Below, piece after piece: positions 40,201 to 53,498 of a stretch of DNA of 64,000 bases. The stretch spans positions 2,852,001 to 2,916,000 of the forward strand of contig OX597819.1 in assembly GCA_951406725.2 (NCBI GenBank), read 5' to 3'. The notes under the pieces are model-generated. The model saw only the letters and a list, made by a program, of their open reading frames with translations. It made no database searches and was not told the DNA's origin. Each line of letters opens with the position of its first letter. Within the stretch, counting starts at the first letter, position 1. The stretch is from Octopus vulgaris. Taxonomy: Eukaryota. The position numbers were made by a program, and so were the translations under genes.

Positions 40201-41400
40201 ATGCGGTTTTGGCAGGGCTTCTGATGTGCAAAACGACAGTTTGCACCATCGTCGCCATGCCAGCAATCTCCCTTCAGGTAGAATTTGCAGATGCTCCTTC
40301 TTTTGCCCTTGTAGCTCTTGCTGGGGCTCTTCTGTTTTTTCTGAACAGTGTTTGTTGTTTTAGTTTTTTTTCTTTTACCTCTTGTTTTCTGTCGATTCTA
40401 GGGTGCTTTCCTTTTTTTTGCAGCCATCACACCTCTTTGGTATTCAGTTGTGTTGGGAGCTGGACATGTGCCATTGTTTTCCTTGGTTGCAGGTCTCTCA
40501 GTGGTGTCTTTTGTTGGGTCCTGAATGCTTTCTCCATCCTTTTTGTCATCCTGGGTGCAGACACCTCCCAGGATGATGTCCAGTGTGTCCATGTGTTGCC
40601 TGATTAGAGCATACGAACAGAGGAATTCATGTTTCTTACGCTCTATCTGGGTGGTGGTCCTGGAGAAATCATTGCTTTTAAGTGCCGCTGCAATGATATT
40701 GTTTGGGGAGTCACCTTCGGCAATCTTCTGGGTGCGGACAAACAATTGCAACTCCTTTGCAGACCAGTTCCTTGACATCTTCGCTTGAGATACAGTGAGT
40801 GTGAAATAGAGGAACAGAGAGAGGAGGAAAGATAAGGTGGTTGACCTGAGAGGGAGAGGAGAGGAGAGAAGAAAAAAGCTGGTGGCAGATCAGCCGGGGG
40901 TGGGGTTGAGATAGAGAGAGAGACAAGGAGATTGACCTGAGAGGAGAAAGAAAGAATGGCAGATCAGCAGGGGGGAGAGAGCGAGATAGAGGTGTGGTAG
41001 AGAAAAAGAAGTAACAGGACAGAGAGGAAAAGAGAGACAAGGGGATGGACCTAAGAGGGAGCAGGGAGAAGAAAGGCAGAGAGAAAAAGGGGAGAGGAAG
41101 AGAGAGGGCGGGATAGAGGTACAAAAGAGTGAAGTAGAGGGACAGAGAGGGTGGTGTAGAGAAAGAAGGGGACAGAGAGAGGAAAAGAGAGACAAGGGGG
41201 TTGACCTGAGAAGGAGCGGAGAGAAGAGAGGCAGAGAGAGAGGGGGCGGGATAGAGATACAAGAGAGACACAAGAGGGACAGAGAGGGGGATGAGAGGTA
41301 GAGAGAGGGAGAGAGAGAAAAACAGAGTGCGGGAGAGAGATACAAGAGAAACACAAGGGAGAGAGAGAGGGCGAGATAGAGATACAAGAGAGAGTGAGCT
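37240..41400 (-). mobile_element. Near full-length, decayed CR1/L2-group LINE (CCCH finger, APE endonuclease, RT)
   Basis: ORFs 39570-40202 (LLNVGGL..ALTETHL), 39251-39751 (MGDFNFP, NILDL, SDHN), 38403-39167 (AGPDG), 37906-38319 (QHGFRPGRSC, LDFAKVFDKVDH), 37548-37817, 37288-37596; CT-rich 5' region. Confidence 0.9.
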
Positions 41401-43659
41401 GTCATTGCAGCTTTGTGAGATTTAGCTGTTATTTCTAGCATGTGAATAGCCTTCTTGAAGGCCAAGGCTGTAGAATCAGAAGTGGAGGGGATTGGGGTAA
41501 TTTTTTTTTTCAGGAAAAAGTTTTAAAAAATGAAGAAAAGAGGTCATTGAAATTTTGAAGTTGTGATTTTTTAAACTTTTTCTCAGAATCGGAATTTCCA
41601 TAGTCTAAAACATGGGATCATGAAAAAAGAAACTTAAGTGCGGAAGGATTCCATTTACATCTGCGTCATGTGAGCCCATGTCTGTGGCTACATGCTTGAT
41701 GTAGCCAAAAATGGAGAGAGATAGAGAAAATGGTTTTTAAAACAGGATATTGTGAAAATGGCCAGTGTGAATGCATGCCTGTGGTAGTATCTGTGTGACG
41801 TGTTTGTGTTTATGTGAGTGAGATAGGCATAAAGGAGTGGTGTCGAGAAACTTGTTAGCAGGCACCATTCTGTTTCGTGGTGAGGCGAGATGACAAGTGT
41901 GTGAGTGCATGGGCGTTGCTGTGTATGTATGAGAACGTGACAGTGCGTGTGTGTATGTGCATATGAGTGCAAGTGAGGACATGTGTATGAATATGTGTAA
42001 ATGGGTGTGAGAGGAGAGGTGACAAGTCTGTGAGTGCATTGGTGGGGCTGGGCGTGTACATAGGTTTGTATGCAAATGAGTGCATGTATGTGTAGGAGTA
42101 TGTGTATGAATGTGTGTGAGAGCGTGTTTTGGGTATGTGTGTATGTGTTTGTGTATCATCATGTAACGTCCATTTTTCATGCTGGAATGGGTTAGACAGT
42201 TCTACAAGAACTGGCAAGTTAGAAAACTGCACCAATCTCTGCTATCTACTTTGGCATGATTTCTATAGTCTGGATACCCTAACCCTAACACCAAACATAT
42301 ATATATATATATCACCATGATCACCGTTACCGACCAGGCTATCAGATGTTGCTACACATCACTGGTCACAATGCACTTTGCATTGTTTTAGCCTTCAAAT
42401 GATGCCACCTCGCTGGCTAAGCAAGCAGGCCAATATATCTCTTATTATAAAAGGCAGATTTTATCTGCCTCCCTTTGTCTCTTATAGAAATCTACAATAT
42501 AGGATTTCTTCAATTACAATTTACCTAGCATTTTTAAGAGTAGAATGCATCGGGTTTTGCCAGGTCCACTTTTTAAAATTTCAACCCCAATTAAGCAAAA
42601 TTTAGAGAAAACTCACATTGTGGTGTATGAGTCAAATGCTTCTCTTAGTGTGGTCTACAGCACACGCACACACACAGTGTGCAACGAATAAAGTGAAAGT
42701 AATTCACTGTGTGTGTTGACAAGTAGACAATAGAATGCGATAGCGATGGCGATGTAATATTTGTTTCTGTCTATGACGCTGATAGATACATGAGTAAAAT
42801 GTATGGGAAGCTAAGGGATAAGAGTGAGTGAAAATGTTCTTGGAAGAAAGTAAATAGCGAGAGAGTGATTTGAGGAAGACTTTACATTAAATAACCGTAG
42901 TGGAGTGAGAGGGTACTGGAGGAAATAGGGTGAGTGAGGAAGATGGCCCCTAGCAACCACACCTTTTAAGATAGGGATTTCTAAGCTAGCCCACGAGCAT
43001 CGTCACCTCATTCTACATGTCCCTGTAAATTTTGGAGCGAATCGGACGGGATAAAGTTATCTCTAAGAAACAGAAAGATCGCCCAAAAGTGTATATAGAT
43101 ATTTAAATGTATTTATATATTCATCTATACACACATGTATGTATAATGTGCATGTATATATTTCCATAGAGGTAACCATTCAATCCATACAAAGTTTTTT
43201 AGGACGAAAATATCTCTTATTATAAAAGGCAGATTTTATCTGCCTCCCTTTGTCTCTTATAGAAATCTACAATATAGGATTTCTTCAATTACAATTTACC
43301 TAGCATTTTTAAGAGTAGAATGCATCGGGTCGTGACAGGTCCACTTTTTAAAATTTCAACCCCAATTAAGCAAAATTTAGAGAAAACTCACATTGTGGTG
43401 TGTAAGTCAAATGCTTCTCTTAGTGTGGGATACAGCACACGCAAACGCACCCACACAGTGTGCAACGAATAAAGTGAAACTAATTTACTTTCTGTAGTGA
43501 GTGACTATTTCACTCTACATTCCCACTTCCACTTTACACACATAGACACGCAAATATATAAATAAAATTGTAAGCTAACGTGTGTGTGTGAGTGTGTGTG
43601 TGTGTGTGTGTGAGGATGCGTGTGTGTGTGTGTGTGTGCGTGAGTGTGTGACAGGAAGT

Positions 43660-44615
43660 TTTTTACGACGAATATAAGACCTATATCCAAGTAGCAGAAA
43701 GATCGCCCAAAAGTGTATATAGATATTTAAATGTATTTATATATTCATCTATGCACACATGTATGTATAACGTGTGTGTATATATTTCCATAGAGGTAAC
43801 CATTCACTCCATACAAAGTTTTTAGGACGAAAATAAGATCTAAAGTTATCTCTAAGAAAAAGAAAGATCACCCAAAAGTGTATATAGATATTTAAATGTA
43901 TTTATATATTCATCTATACACAGATGTATGTATAATGTGTGTGTATATATTTCCATAGAGGTAACCTTTCACTCCATACAAAGTTTTTTAGGACGAATAT
44001 AAGATCTAAAGTTATCTCTAAGAAAAAGAAAGATCGCCCAAAAGTGTATATAGATATTTAAATGTATTTATATATTCATCTATGCACACATGTATGTATA
44101 ACGTGTGTGTATATATTTCCATAGAGGTAACCATTCACTCCATACAAAGTTTTTTAGGACGAAAATAAGATCTAAAGTTATCTCTAAGAAAAAGAAAGAT
44201 CGCCCAAAAGTGTATATAGATATTTAAATGTATTTATATATTCATCTATACACAGATGTATGTATAATGTGTGTGTATATATTTCCATAGCAGTAACCTT
44301 TCACTCCATACAAAGTTTTTTAGGACGAATATAAGATCTAAAGTATATACGCCAGAAAGATCGCCCAAAAGTGTATATAGATATTTAAATGTATTTATAT
44401 ATTCGTCTATACACACATGTATGTATAACGTGTGTGTATATATTTCCATAGAGGTAACCATTCAATCCATACAAAGTTTTTTAGGACGAAAATAAGATCT
44501 AAAGTTATCTCTAAGAAAAAGAAAGATCGCCCAAAAGTGTATATAGATATTTAAATGTATTTATATATTCATCTATACACAGATGTATGTATAATGTGTG
44601 TGTATATATTTCCAT
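43660..44615. repeat. About 166-bp tandem satellite, about 5.5 copies (extra unit at 43050-43210)
   Basis: agaaagatcgcccaaaagtgtatatagatatttaaatg recurs at about 43696, 43861, 44027, 44193, 44354, 44520. Confidence 0.92.
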
Positions 44616-44762
44616 ATAGTCGTGATTCATATCGAGCCCTTCTGGGTATTAGCGCGAGTCTACGATGAGTCTATGATTTTACAAATAATTTACCATCATT
44701 TTTTTCCATTTTAATGCATATTTTTTTAATAAAGGGAAGTAACTCTCAAACTTCACACCAAT

Positions 44763-45284
44763 ATGCGTGCTCATATGCGACGTAATATCACATCAGCAGC
44801 ATTTCCTCACACCCTCCTTGCACTTGGTGAAGGCAAAATACCAGGGGATGAAAATGGTAATATTGCCATCGATTCCATTTGTACCATTGTTAAGACGCCT
44901 TCTGATCTCAGAGATGCAGTGTTCCCATATCTACAAGCTAATTATCAGAATATGGATTGGATTGGCAAAAAGGCTATACTTGCCCCGAGGAATAAAACTG
45001 TTCACCATATTAATGATGAAATGCTAAAACTCATTCCTGGGGAAGTCTATGTATATCAGTCTATTGATACAACTCCTGACTCAGAGGACGTCATCAACTA
45101 TCCAATAGAGGTACTCAATTCCTTTGAGCACCCCGGACTACCACCACACTTTCTCAAACTTAAAGTTGGTGCCCCTATAATGCTCATCAGAAATTTGGTT
45201 CCCCCAAAACAATGCAATGGCACACGTTTGATCGTTAAGTCCTTATCTCCCACCATAAACTTATATCAATATTTGCCTGAATAA
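44763..45284 (+). pseudogene. Helitron Pif1-like helicase fragment
   Basis: NMR..., AILAPRN, YPIEVLNS....GLPPH.LKLKVGAPIMLIRNL...CNGTRL. Confidence 0.85.
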
Positions 45285-45360
45285 TCATCATAATTCAGTG
45301 CAATCATTAACAGTACTTTAAAGCAATTCAGCCCCGAGCAACGCCGGGCAATTCTGCTAG

Positions 45361-46051
45361 TATATATATAAAACTCAACTTGTGTGTCTGTGTGTGTGTA
45401 TGTGTGTTTAACTTCCCGGCACATCTCCTCCTAGCCAACAAATCGTAGAACCACCAAAAATGGGTCACTTAAAGTTTAGGCAAATGAAAATTGGACTGCG
45501 CTATTTCTGTTCCGAAATTCATCTCGCAAGTGCAAAAATCGATAATGTGTTTGTTTAGGCCTTATCCCATGCATTGAATAGTGAACTTTACTCAGTCAGC
45601 TGTTTGACGTGAACTGTGTTCACCACGCGTGCAAGCATGTGTAAATTGCATGAAAAATAAAAAATCAAGATATAAAAACGAATCGCCGTAAACATTGTAG
45701 AAATTTGACAAAGAAATGAATTTTCGGGATGTAGCCTGGCAGGTTTTTTCGTATTAATTGTTTGGACTTTGTGAACACATACCAATTGTTTTCATAACAT
45801 TTTTAACACTTTGGATTAAATGTGACCATTTTGCATTGAGTCTGCAGTTTGAATCACTTTAACCAAATTTTAGCAGGCCGGAGCAAATCTATATATATAA
45901 AGCTGAAGTTGTCTGTGTGTGGCAGGTTTGGTAGCCTTCAACTAACACTATCTCCTTATAACAAGTTGCATAATGCAAAATTTTTACTTTTCAAAAATTC
46001 CAATTCTAAAGGGTCGAAACAAACCCAAGCAACACCGGCTGATACTGCTAG
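45361..46051 (+). mobile_element. Additional short Helitron segments (a complete 164-bp mini element at 45888-46051)
   Basis: TATATATAAAACTC and A|TCTATATATATAAAGC starts; gcaacaccggctgatactgCTAG|T end. Confidence 0.6.
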
Positions 46052-46629
46052 TATATATATCATCATCATTTAACGACTGTCTTCCATGTTGGCATGGATA
46101 GGACAGTTGACAAGAGCCGACAGGGTAGATGACTACCCCGGACTATTGTGTCAGTTTTCAGCGTTTTTAAGACTGGATGCCCTTCCTAACACCAACCACT
46201 CTGCAGAGTGGACTCAGTGCTTTTTACAAGGCACTAACAAAGGCAAGGTTAGTTTTGGCATGATTTTTACAGCTTGATGCCCTTCCAAATGCCAACCACT
46301 TTACAATGTGAACAGAATGCTTTTTCTGTGGCACCAGCACTGGCCGCATCACCAAGTAACTTGCAAGACAAGGTATTTTATATGTAACGGTTACAAGTTG
46401 CATTATATAGACAAAACAAAAATGAACAAATATGCACAATAACATTAAAACAATTGACTTACTCTTTAAAAAAAATAGAGGACAAAAAAAATGTAGTATT
46501 TCATTTAGATATATTAAATCATTTTTACCTTACACTCCAACCAGTTTACACTCTAAGAATACTTCAATGGAAAATGAGAAAAGTAGGTACAGTAATGAAA
46601 ATATATGGAGAAAAGAAATTGTTGCAGGA

Positions 46630-47423
46630 AGCTCATAAGAAATGAGGCTAGTATGCTTCGCTAGATGTGTAATGTCAGTGTACATGCATGAGAGAATATA
46701 AGCACCCTGAGAGAAAAGTTGGGCACAAGAGGCATCAGATGTGATGTGCAAGATAGACAACTGCACTGGTATGGTCATGTGATGCATATGGACAAAGACA
46801 GTTGCGTGAAGAAGTGCTGCATTGCAACTGTAGAAGAGGTAAACATGGGACGAGGTGGTGAAGCATGACCTTTGAATGTTGGGCCTCACAGAGGCAATGA
46901 CAAGTGACTGAGACTTTTGGCGATATGCCGTGCTTGAGAAGACCCACCAAGCCAAGTGAGATCACAGTCGTGGCCAATGATGGTGTCATGCAACTGGCAT
47001 GTAAAAAGCACCCTTCAAACGTTGGGCAATATGCTGTACTTAAGAAGACCTGTCAAGCCAAGTGAAGTTGTAGTCATAGCTAATATCAGTGCCATCAGAC
47101 TGGCATCTGTGCTGGTGGCACATAAAAAGCACTGTTCAAGCATTAGATCTTACAGAGGCAGTGACAGGGGACCAAGACCTTTGTTGATATACCGTGATTG
47201 TGAAGTTCTGTCAAGCAAAGTGAGATTGTAGGCATGGCCGATGCCAGTGTCATGTCAATGGTACCAATAATGGTAGCATGCAAAAAGCACCCATAACACT
47301 CTTGGAGTGATTGGCATTAGGAAGGGCATCCGGCCATAGAAACTATGCCGAATCAGACCGGAACCTGGTGCAGCTCCCTAGCTTAACAGTTTTCAGTCAG
47401 GATGTTAAATGATGATGATGATG
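46630..47423 (+). mobile_element. Decayed RTE 3' part with 3'UTR and (GAT)n tail
   Basis: RNEASMLR.MCNVSV...LHWYGHV...TWDEVVKHDL remnants, then aaaagcaccc units and gatgttaaatgatgatg. Confidence 0.8.
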
Positions 47424-48416
47424 TGTTCAGTAAGGAATTTAAATGAAAATTTAAGGTGGTTTGACCCTTTTGGTGCCAACAAATCTCAGACTGCCCCTAG
47501 TTCTGTGCTACAAACATCTTGTTTCACCCTTTGGCATTCACATTATTCAGTCAAAAGTAATGCTTATTTATTCACATTCTGTAGAATTAATCATGCATTA
47601 TCTTGTAGCTTTAAGATTTTGATGAGGTAACTGTTAAATTTTAGAATGATAGTGTAAGAGTTTGAACATAAAACTGGTACAATATTTGGGTTGGATATAA
47701 AGGGTTTAAAGTGGCATAAATTAGAAACTTTCCATAAAAATTTCATATTTTGTTCCAGACACCACTTTAATAATTGATAAAATTATTTTATTAAATTCTG
47801 CATTGCTTTCAAAAATTAATTGAAGAAAAGGCAGGGATTGTAACTTAAATATGGCAACAAATGGGTGAAACAATAAAGTAAGGAGTGTTAAATCAAGAAC
47901 TTTATTGCCGTCCATGATGAAGAAGTTTTGAATGCTTGCCATGGTGAGTCTACTGTCGTGAGAAAGAATCAATTCAAAACTTGGTGTTTAGGAATTTTCT
48001 TTTACAACAAGTTCAAAATTTTACGCCAACGCGCCAACCGTTAAACTGCCACTACGTTGCTGTCCGTCGTTAAGAAATGCCAGCCATGGTGACTCTACTA
48101 TCCTCACATTCTATCCCTTCAAACTTTGGTTTCCAATATTTTATTATTTTTATTCAGCTCGCAAGTTCATCTGTCCCTTTTAAATGTTTTGCTGTCTGCC
48201 TTGAAGCAGACCTTTCCGTTGCCACTGCCTGATATTTATGATTGATCTTTCTAAATATTTTATTTCTCAACTTACTCAAGATCTTTTGTTGTTTATAAAT
48301 GGGAGAGAGATAGATAAAGATAGAGAGTAAGAGAAAGCGAGGGAGAGTCCGAGAGAAAAGAAAAGTAAGAGAGTGGGGAAGTGAGAGAGAAAGGAGAGAG
48401 AAATAAAGAGGGAGAA

Positions 48417-48728
48417 TCATCATCATCATCATCATCGTTTAACGTCCATTTTCCGTGCTAGCACGGGTTGGGCGGCTCAACCGGGGTCTGGGAAGCCAGG
48501 AGGCTGCACCAGGCTCCAGTCTGATCTGGCAGTGTTTCTACATGTGGATGACCTTCCTAACGCCAACCACTCTGTGAGTGTAGTGGGTGCTTTTTTCGTG
48601 CCGCTGGCACAGGTGCCAGGGGGGCTCGCAGCGACAACGATCAGTTGGTGCTTTTTACATGCCACCGGCACAGAAGCCGGTCAATGCGGCGCTGCAATCG
48701 GCCACGTTCGGATTGTGCTTTTTACGTG
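48417..48728 (-). mobile_element. RTE 3' UTR fragment with (GAT)n tail
   Basis: catcatcgtttaacgtcc...ggtgcttttacgtg units. Confidence 0.8.
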
Positions 48729-48797
48729 CTGAAAGGAAGCAACAGAAAGTAACAACCACACTCTTACCCGCGCGTAGAGCGGGTCACCTTCAGCTAG

Positions 48798-50209
48798 TAT
48801 ACTTATATAAATTGAATATGGGCGATCATTGTATTCTTTCTTTCTTGTCTTGAGGTTCACAGCCAAATGGCTCAGTGGATTCACATGAAAAATGGCACAC
48901 AGGTGGAGACAGGTCCATAGATTGTGTTGCTGTTTGTATTTGTTTCGTAGCCCCCCATAGTTACCGAGAAAATCGAATAAGCGGTAAAAATCGATTTTCA
49001 ACCATATCTTTTACCAATTTCGAAGTTTGGCTAAAATGAGTTATATTGGAGTGAAAGCGTGTGTGTGAGGGAGAGAGAAGTTGTGTGTTGATGTATGTGT
49101 GTGAGGGAGGTTCATCAAAAATGTAAAATGTTTTCTTTTTTCTTAAACACGAGATATAGTCTTCAAATTTAGGATGTTTTTGAAAGATACTATATTTTAT
49201 AATCAGATTATATATACTTTCTCACACAACAATCAAAAGATATTTATTTTAAATCACTTATTTATTTATCTATAAAAGGAAGGATGTGTGTGTGTGTGTG
49301 TGTGTGTGTGAATGTAATTTATGCACATCCACTAATTAGCACACATGTCGCTCCAATTTTACGACATTGGTCACGATCATGGCTGTGTTTTTGTCAACTT
49401 CTTTTCCCCAAAACACCTGCAGATAGTGGTAAAAATCGCTTTCAAGCATAACTTTTACCAATTTTCACGTCGGTGATATCCGTAAGTTTACTAATATGAG
49501 TTAAGTCACCTGTCTAGTAATAGCAAGAAAGAAAAACAAAGGGTAAACTTTTAGATTAACACCTGCACAATTTTCATTAAGAAAAAAGAAAAAAACTTGA
49601 ATTTTTTGCATGGAATCAAGTGCCCTGACCTCCTAATATGCTGCAAATCCCTTATTTTGGTTTGGAAAGGAGGGGGGGTAGGACGGGGGTTGCATATCTT
49701 GGAATCATTGGAAATTTTCTTTTTTTCATTGAATGAATTCCTGTGACTTCCTAATGTACTACAAAACCCTTTTTTGAGAACCGAAAAATGGGGTGGCATG
49801 CGGTTGAAGCCTTGGAAAATTTCCCCCATCCCACCCCCATTAAGCTTTTCACCCATACGATTTTCAGTAAGGAATAAAAATTAAAATTGGATTTTTTTTT
49901 GCATGAAATCAAGTATCTTGATCTCCTAATATGCTGCAAATCCCTTATTTTGGTTCAGAAAAAAGTGGGGTAGGGCGAGGGGGAACCCCACCATCCCGGA
50001 ATCATTGGAATTTTTTTTTTCGTTCAATGAACTCCTGTGACCTCCTAATATGCTACAAAACTCATTTTGGGTCCGTAAAACAAGGTGAGGTGAGGTGGAA
50101 GCCTCGGAAATTTTACCCACTCCCAACATTTTACAGAAATAAGTTTTCCAGAGTGTGAATTAAATGGCTCGTTATTAAATATATATACAGTAGAGAATGT
50201 GACATATTA

Positions 50210-50258
<49 letters not shown>

Positions 50259-51048
50259 GTGTGCAAGCCTTCAATGCAACCTTCTCCAATGCATATCTTA
50301 GTACCCCTAGGAGGGGTTAGGTCTAGATCGGGATTAGTCACTGCCTTTCAGAGGTTTCTGAGGCCCCTTTCACTAGGTTAGCTTAGGCTTATGTTAAAGC
50401 TTAGTTATTTAGCTATTTTCCTTGCAGGAAGGGCTCCAAATCCATGGACCAAGTGGGGTTAGATGATGGGAGTGGTGGTTTCGAAACCTGATCACATCTG
50501 CCAGTCAAACCCCCAATGCATGCATTCCTGTCACGACACTGATTCTGCAGAACTGGGTTGAGTGTGAAAACCAACTTTAAAGTATATAGATTTTTTTGAA
50601 TCAGCAATGTTGTGTTCGGTTAAGTCCTATTTGGGGTGAAAAATCAATAAACTGATTCCTTATGGGATTTTCCATTCAATCAGGATGAAAAATCGATAAA
50701 CCAATTCCTTATAGGATTTCTCACTAAAATTGGCTACACCCCATTTTCAACCATAACTTTTACCAATTTTGATATATTTTGTTCAAACTTGATGCCGGCG
50801 TTACTAAGCACTCATGGGATCTTTGAATGCTCTAAGTTCTCAAAAAAAAAAAAACAATCAATAAACCAATTCCTTATAGGATTTCCCAATCAAATTGTCT
50901 GCAACCCATTTTCAGCCAAACGTTTACCAATTTCAACGGATTTCACTCAAATTTGACGTCAGTGTTACTTAGTTTGGTTTGAAACAAAGCACTTGATTAG
51001 ATTAATAATCCTAACTTAATCCCAGGCAACACCGGGCTATACTGCTAG
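48798..51048 (+). mobile_element. Non-autonomous Helitron with internal repeats (about 290-bp duplication 49605/49897; short repeats 50630-50960)
   Basis: Follows another Helitron 3' end (acccgcgcgtagagcgggt..CTAG, 48797); ends cccaggcaacaccggg..CTAG|T. Confidence 0.65.
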
Positions 51049-51835
51049 TATATATAATTGTTAAAGAGGACAACAAACGTTATGGCAAGGCAAACATCTC
51101 AAACATCTGACATAAAATAGAGAAATGTTTTAGTTTCACTTTTAACACGTAATACTGAAATAGTGGAGAAGATATGATATTGCTATGGGCTCGCTCTAGG
51201 CAAGAAGTTGAACATTTTTTTTTGCCCATGAAACTACATGGACCCTAAGTAAGGCATGTGTAAAATTTGAATGAAATTGGTTGAGTAGTTCTCAAGTTTT
51301 AGGGAAACACACAGACAGACACACATTGTCAGTTTTATATATAGAGAGATACATGGCTTAGTGGTATTCAGGGTATTCAGCTTACAGTGGTATGGTCGTG
51401 ATTTCAATTCCTGGTGACGCATTGTGCTCTTGAGCAAGACACTTTATTTCTTGTTGCAACAACCACATTAAAGAATATCCTGGGTGCTTTTTGATGTGGT
51501 GCATGAACCAGTGGGGTCACCAAGTAACATGCAAGACCCTCAACTGAAGGGGTAACTTTGAGCCAGATGATGAAAAGTTAGAATATGGTAGGGGATCAGT
51601 AACAGGTATCTTGCTGTAGAGACTATACATGGCTACCCCAGGTGGTAAAAGACAGATGGTGAAGATGTGAGACATGCCCTCAAGTTAAAGGGAGGTGTAT
51701 ATAAGCATGGACACACACACACACATGCAAATATACACACACACACACATGTATACTTACATATAATATACATATACATACATATATACATACATATATA
51801 TACATATACATACATATATACACATACACACATAC

Positions 51836-51875
<40 letters not shown>

Positions 51876-52055
51876 GTTGCTTTATGAACAAATAAGAAGA
51901 GAGTAATCAATTCATGTTGTAGAGGATGTGTTTGTCTTTTTAATTGAAGCTCAACATTTGTCTCACAACTCAAGTTTCACACCAATGTGATTTTCACAGT
52001 GGCATGAAACTCAATTCATGAAGCAAACTCTGTGTCAGTTTCAATTAAAAAAATA

Positions 52056-52100
<45 letters not shown>

Positions 52101-52301
52101 TCATCATCGTTTAACGTCCATTCTCCATGCTAGCATGGGTTGGACGGTTCGACCGGGGATCTGGGAAGCCAGAAGGCTGCACCAGGCTCCGGTCTTATCT
52201 GGCAATGTTTCTACAGCTGGATGCCCTTCCTAACGCCAACCACTCCGTGAGTGTAGTGGGTGCTTTTTACGTGCCACCGGCATATATATATATATATATA
52301 T

Positions 52302-52478
52302 AGGCGTAGGAGTGGCTGTGTGGTAAGTAGCTTGTTTACCAAACACATGGTTCCGGGTTCAGTCCCACTGCATGGCACCTTCGGCAAGTGTCTTCTACTA
52401 TATATACATATATAGGGTCGACCAAAGCCTTGTGAGTGGATTTGGTAGACAGAAACTGAAAGAAGCTCGTCGTATATA

Positions 52479-52557
<79 letters not shown>

Positions 52558-52760
52558 CTGTGTTTGTCCCCCCAACATCGCTTGTCAACCGATGCTGGTG
52601 TGTTTACGTCACCGTAACTTAGCAGTTCGGCAAAAGAGGTTGATAGAATAAGTACTAGGCTTACAAAGAATAAGTCCTGGGGTCGATTTGCTCAACTAAA
52701 GGCGGTGCTCCAGTATGGCCACAGTCAAATGACTGAAACCAGTAAAAGAGTAAAAAGAGA
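52302..52760 (+). mobile_element. Full-length tRNA-derived SINE with central (TA)n(TG)n
   Basis: A box gagtggctgtgtggtaag, B box ggttcagtccc, 3' gactgaaaccagtaaaagagt; about ten partial or complete copies in the window. Confidence 0.85.
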
Positions 52761-53498
52761 GTATATACAATCCATCTGATGCTATTTGTCTATCCTGCAC
52801 CTAACTCAGTTTGGATCTTGAGTCCATAGATAGCGGTGCAATATATGCAGTGAGCATACCCCATGCCATGTATGACCTCTGTGACCCATATATCCAGTCA
52901 GCCATTTGTGAATGTATGCACAACTGGAGTATAAATCCGTGTTTACTTTAGTAAGTATGTATTTGTCCTTAAATATTGTTTGTACATGATAATGCTATTA
53001 CCGACCTGACCTTGATGGTTTATGCATATGTATGTATATATATATATATATTTGTGTATATATATATATATATATATAAATATATATTTGTGTACATATA
53101 TATATATATATATTTGTGTACATATATATATATATATATTTGTGTACATATATATATATATATATTTGTGTACATATATATATATATTTGTGTACATATC
53201 ATCATCATCATCATCATCATCGTTTAACGTCCGTTTTCCATGCTAGCATGGGTTGGACGGTTCGACCGGGATCTGGGAAGCCAGGGCTGCACCAGGCTCC
53301 AGTCTGATCTGGCAGTTGTGTGTATATATCATCATCATCATCATCATCATCGTTTAGCGTCCGCTTTCCATGCTAGCATGGGTTGGACGGGTCAACTGGG
53401 GTCTGTGAAGCTGGAAGGCTTCGTCAGGCCCAGTCAGATCTGGCAGTGTTTCTACGGCTGGATGCCCTTCCTAACGCCAACCACTCCGCGAGTGTAGT

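Larger units (their letters stand above)
42438..45360 (+). mobile_element. Composite Helitron with duplicated 5' end (second at 43213), internal satellite and helicase fragment
   Basis: A|TCTCTTATTATAAAAGG start; 3' hairpin cccgagcaacgccggg and CTAG|T at 45360. Confidence 0.85.

Noticed and set aside
40711-41465. Long Leu/Ser/Pro-rich ORFs
   Set aside because: Translations of CT-rich low-complexity sequence at the LINE 5' region
47721-48435. Two minus-strand ORFs in intron 1 as possible extra exons
   Set aside because: No chitobiase similarity, exons 1 and 2 already join at the conserved E|V junction, stops intervene, and one ORF starts in a microsatellite
52302-52375. tRNA-like A/B boxes as a tRNA gene
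   Set aside because: Head of a multi-copy SINE with no complete cloverleaf
51633-53307. Numerous YI/CV/HT-repeat ORFs (also 128-452, 3886-4176, 41688-42235, 55908-56476)
   Set aside because: Microsatellite translations, not genes
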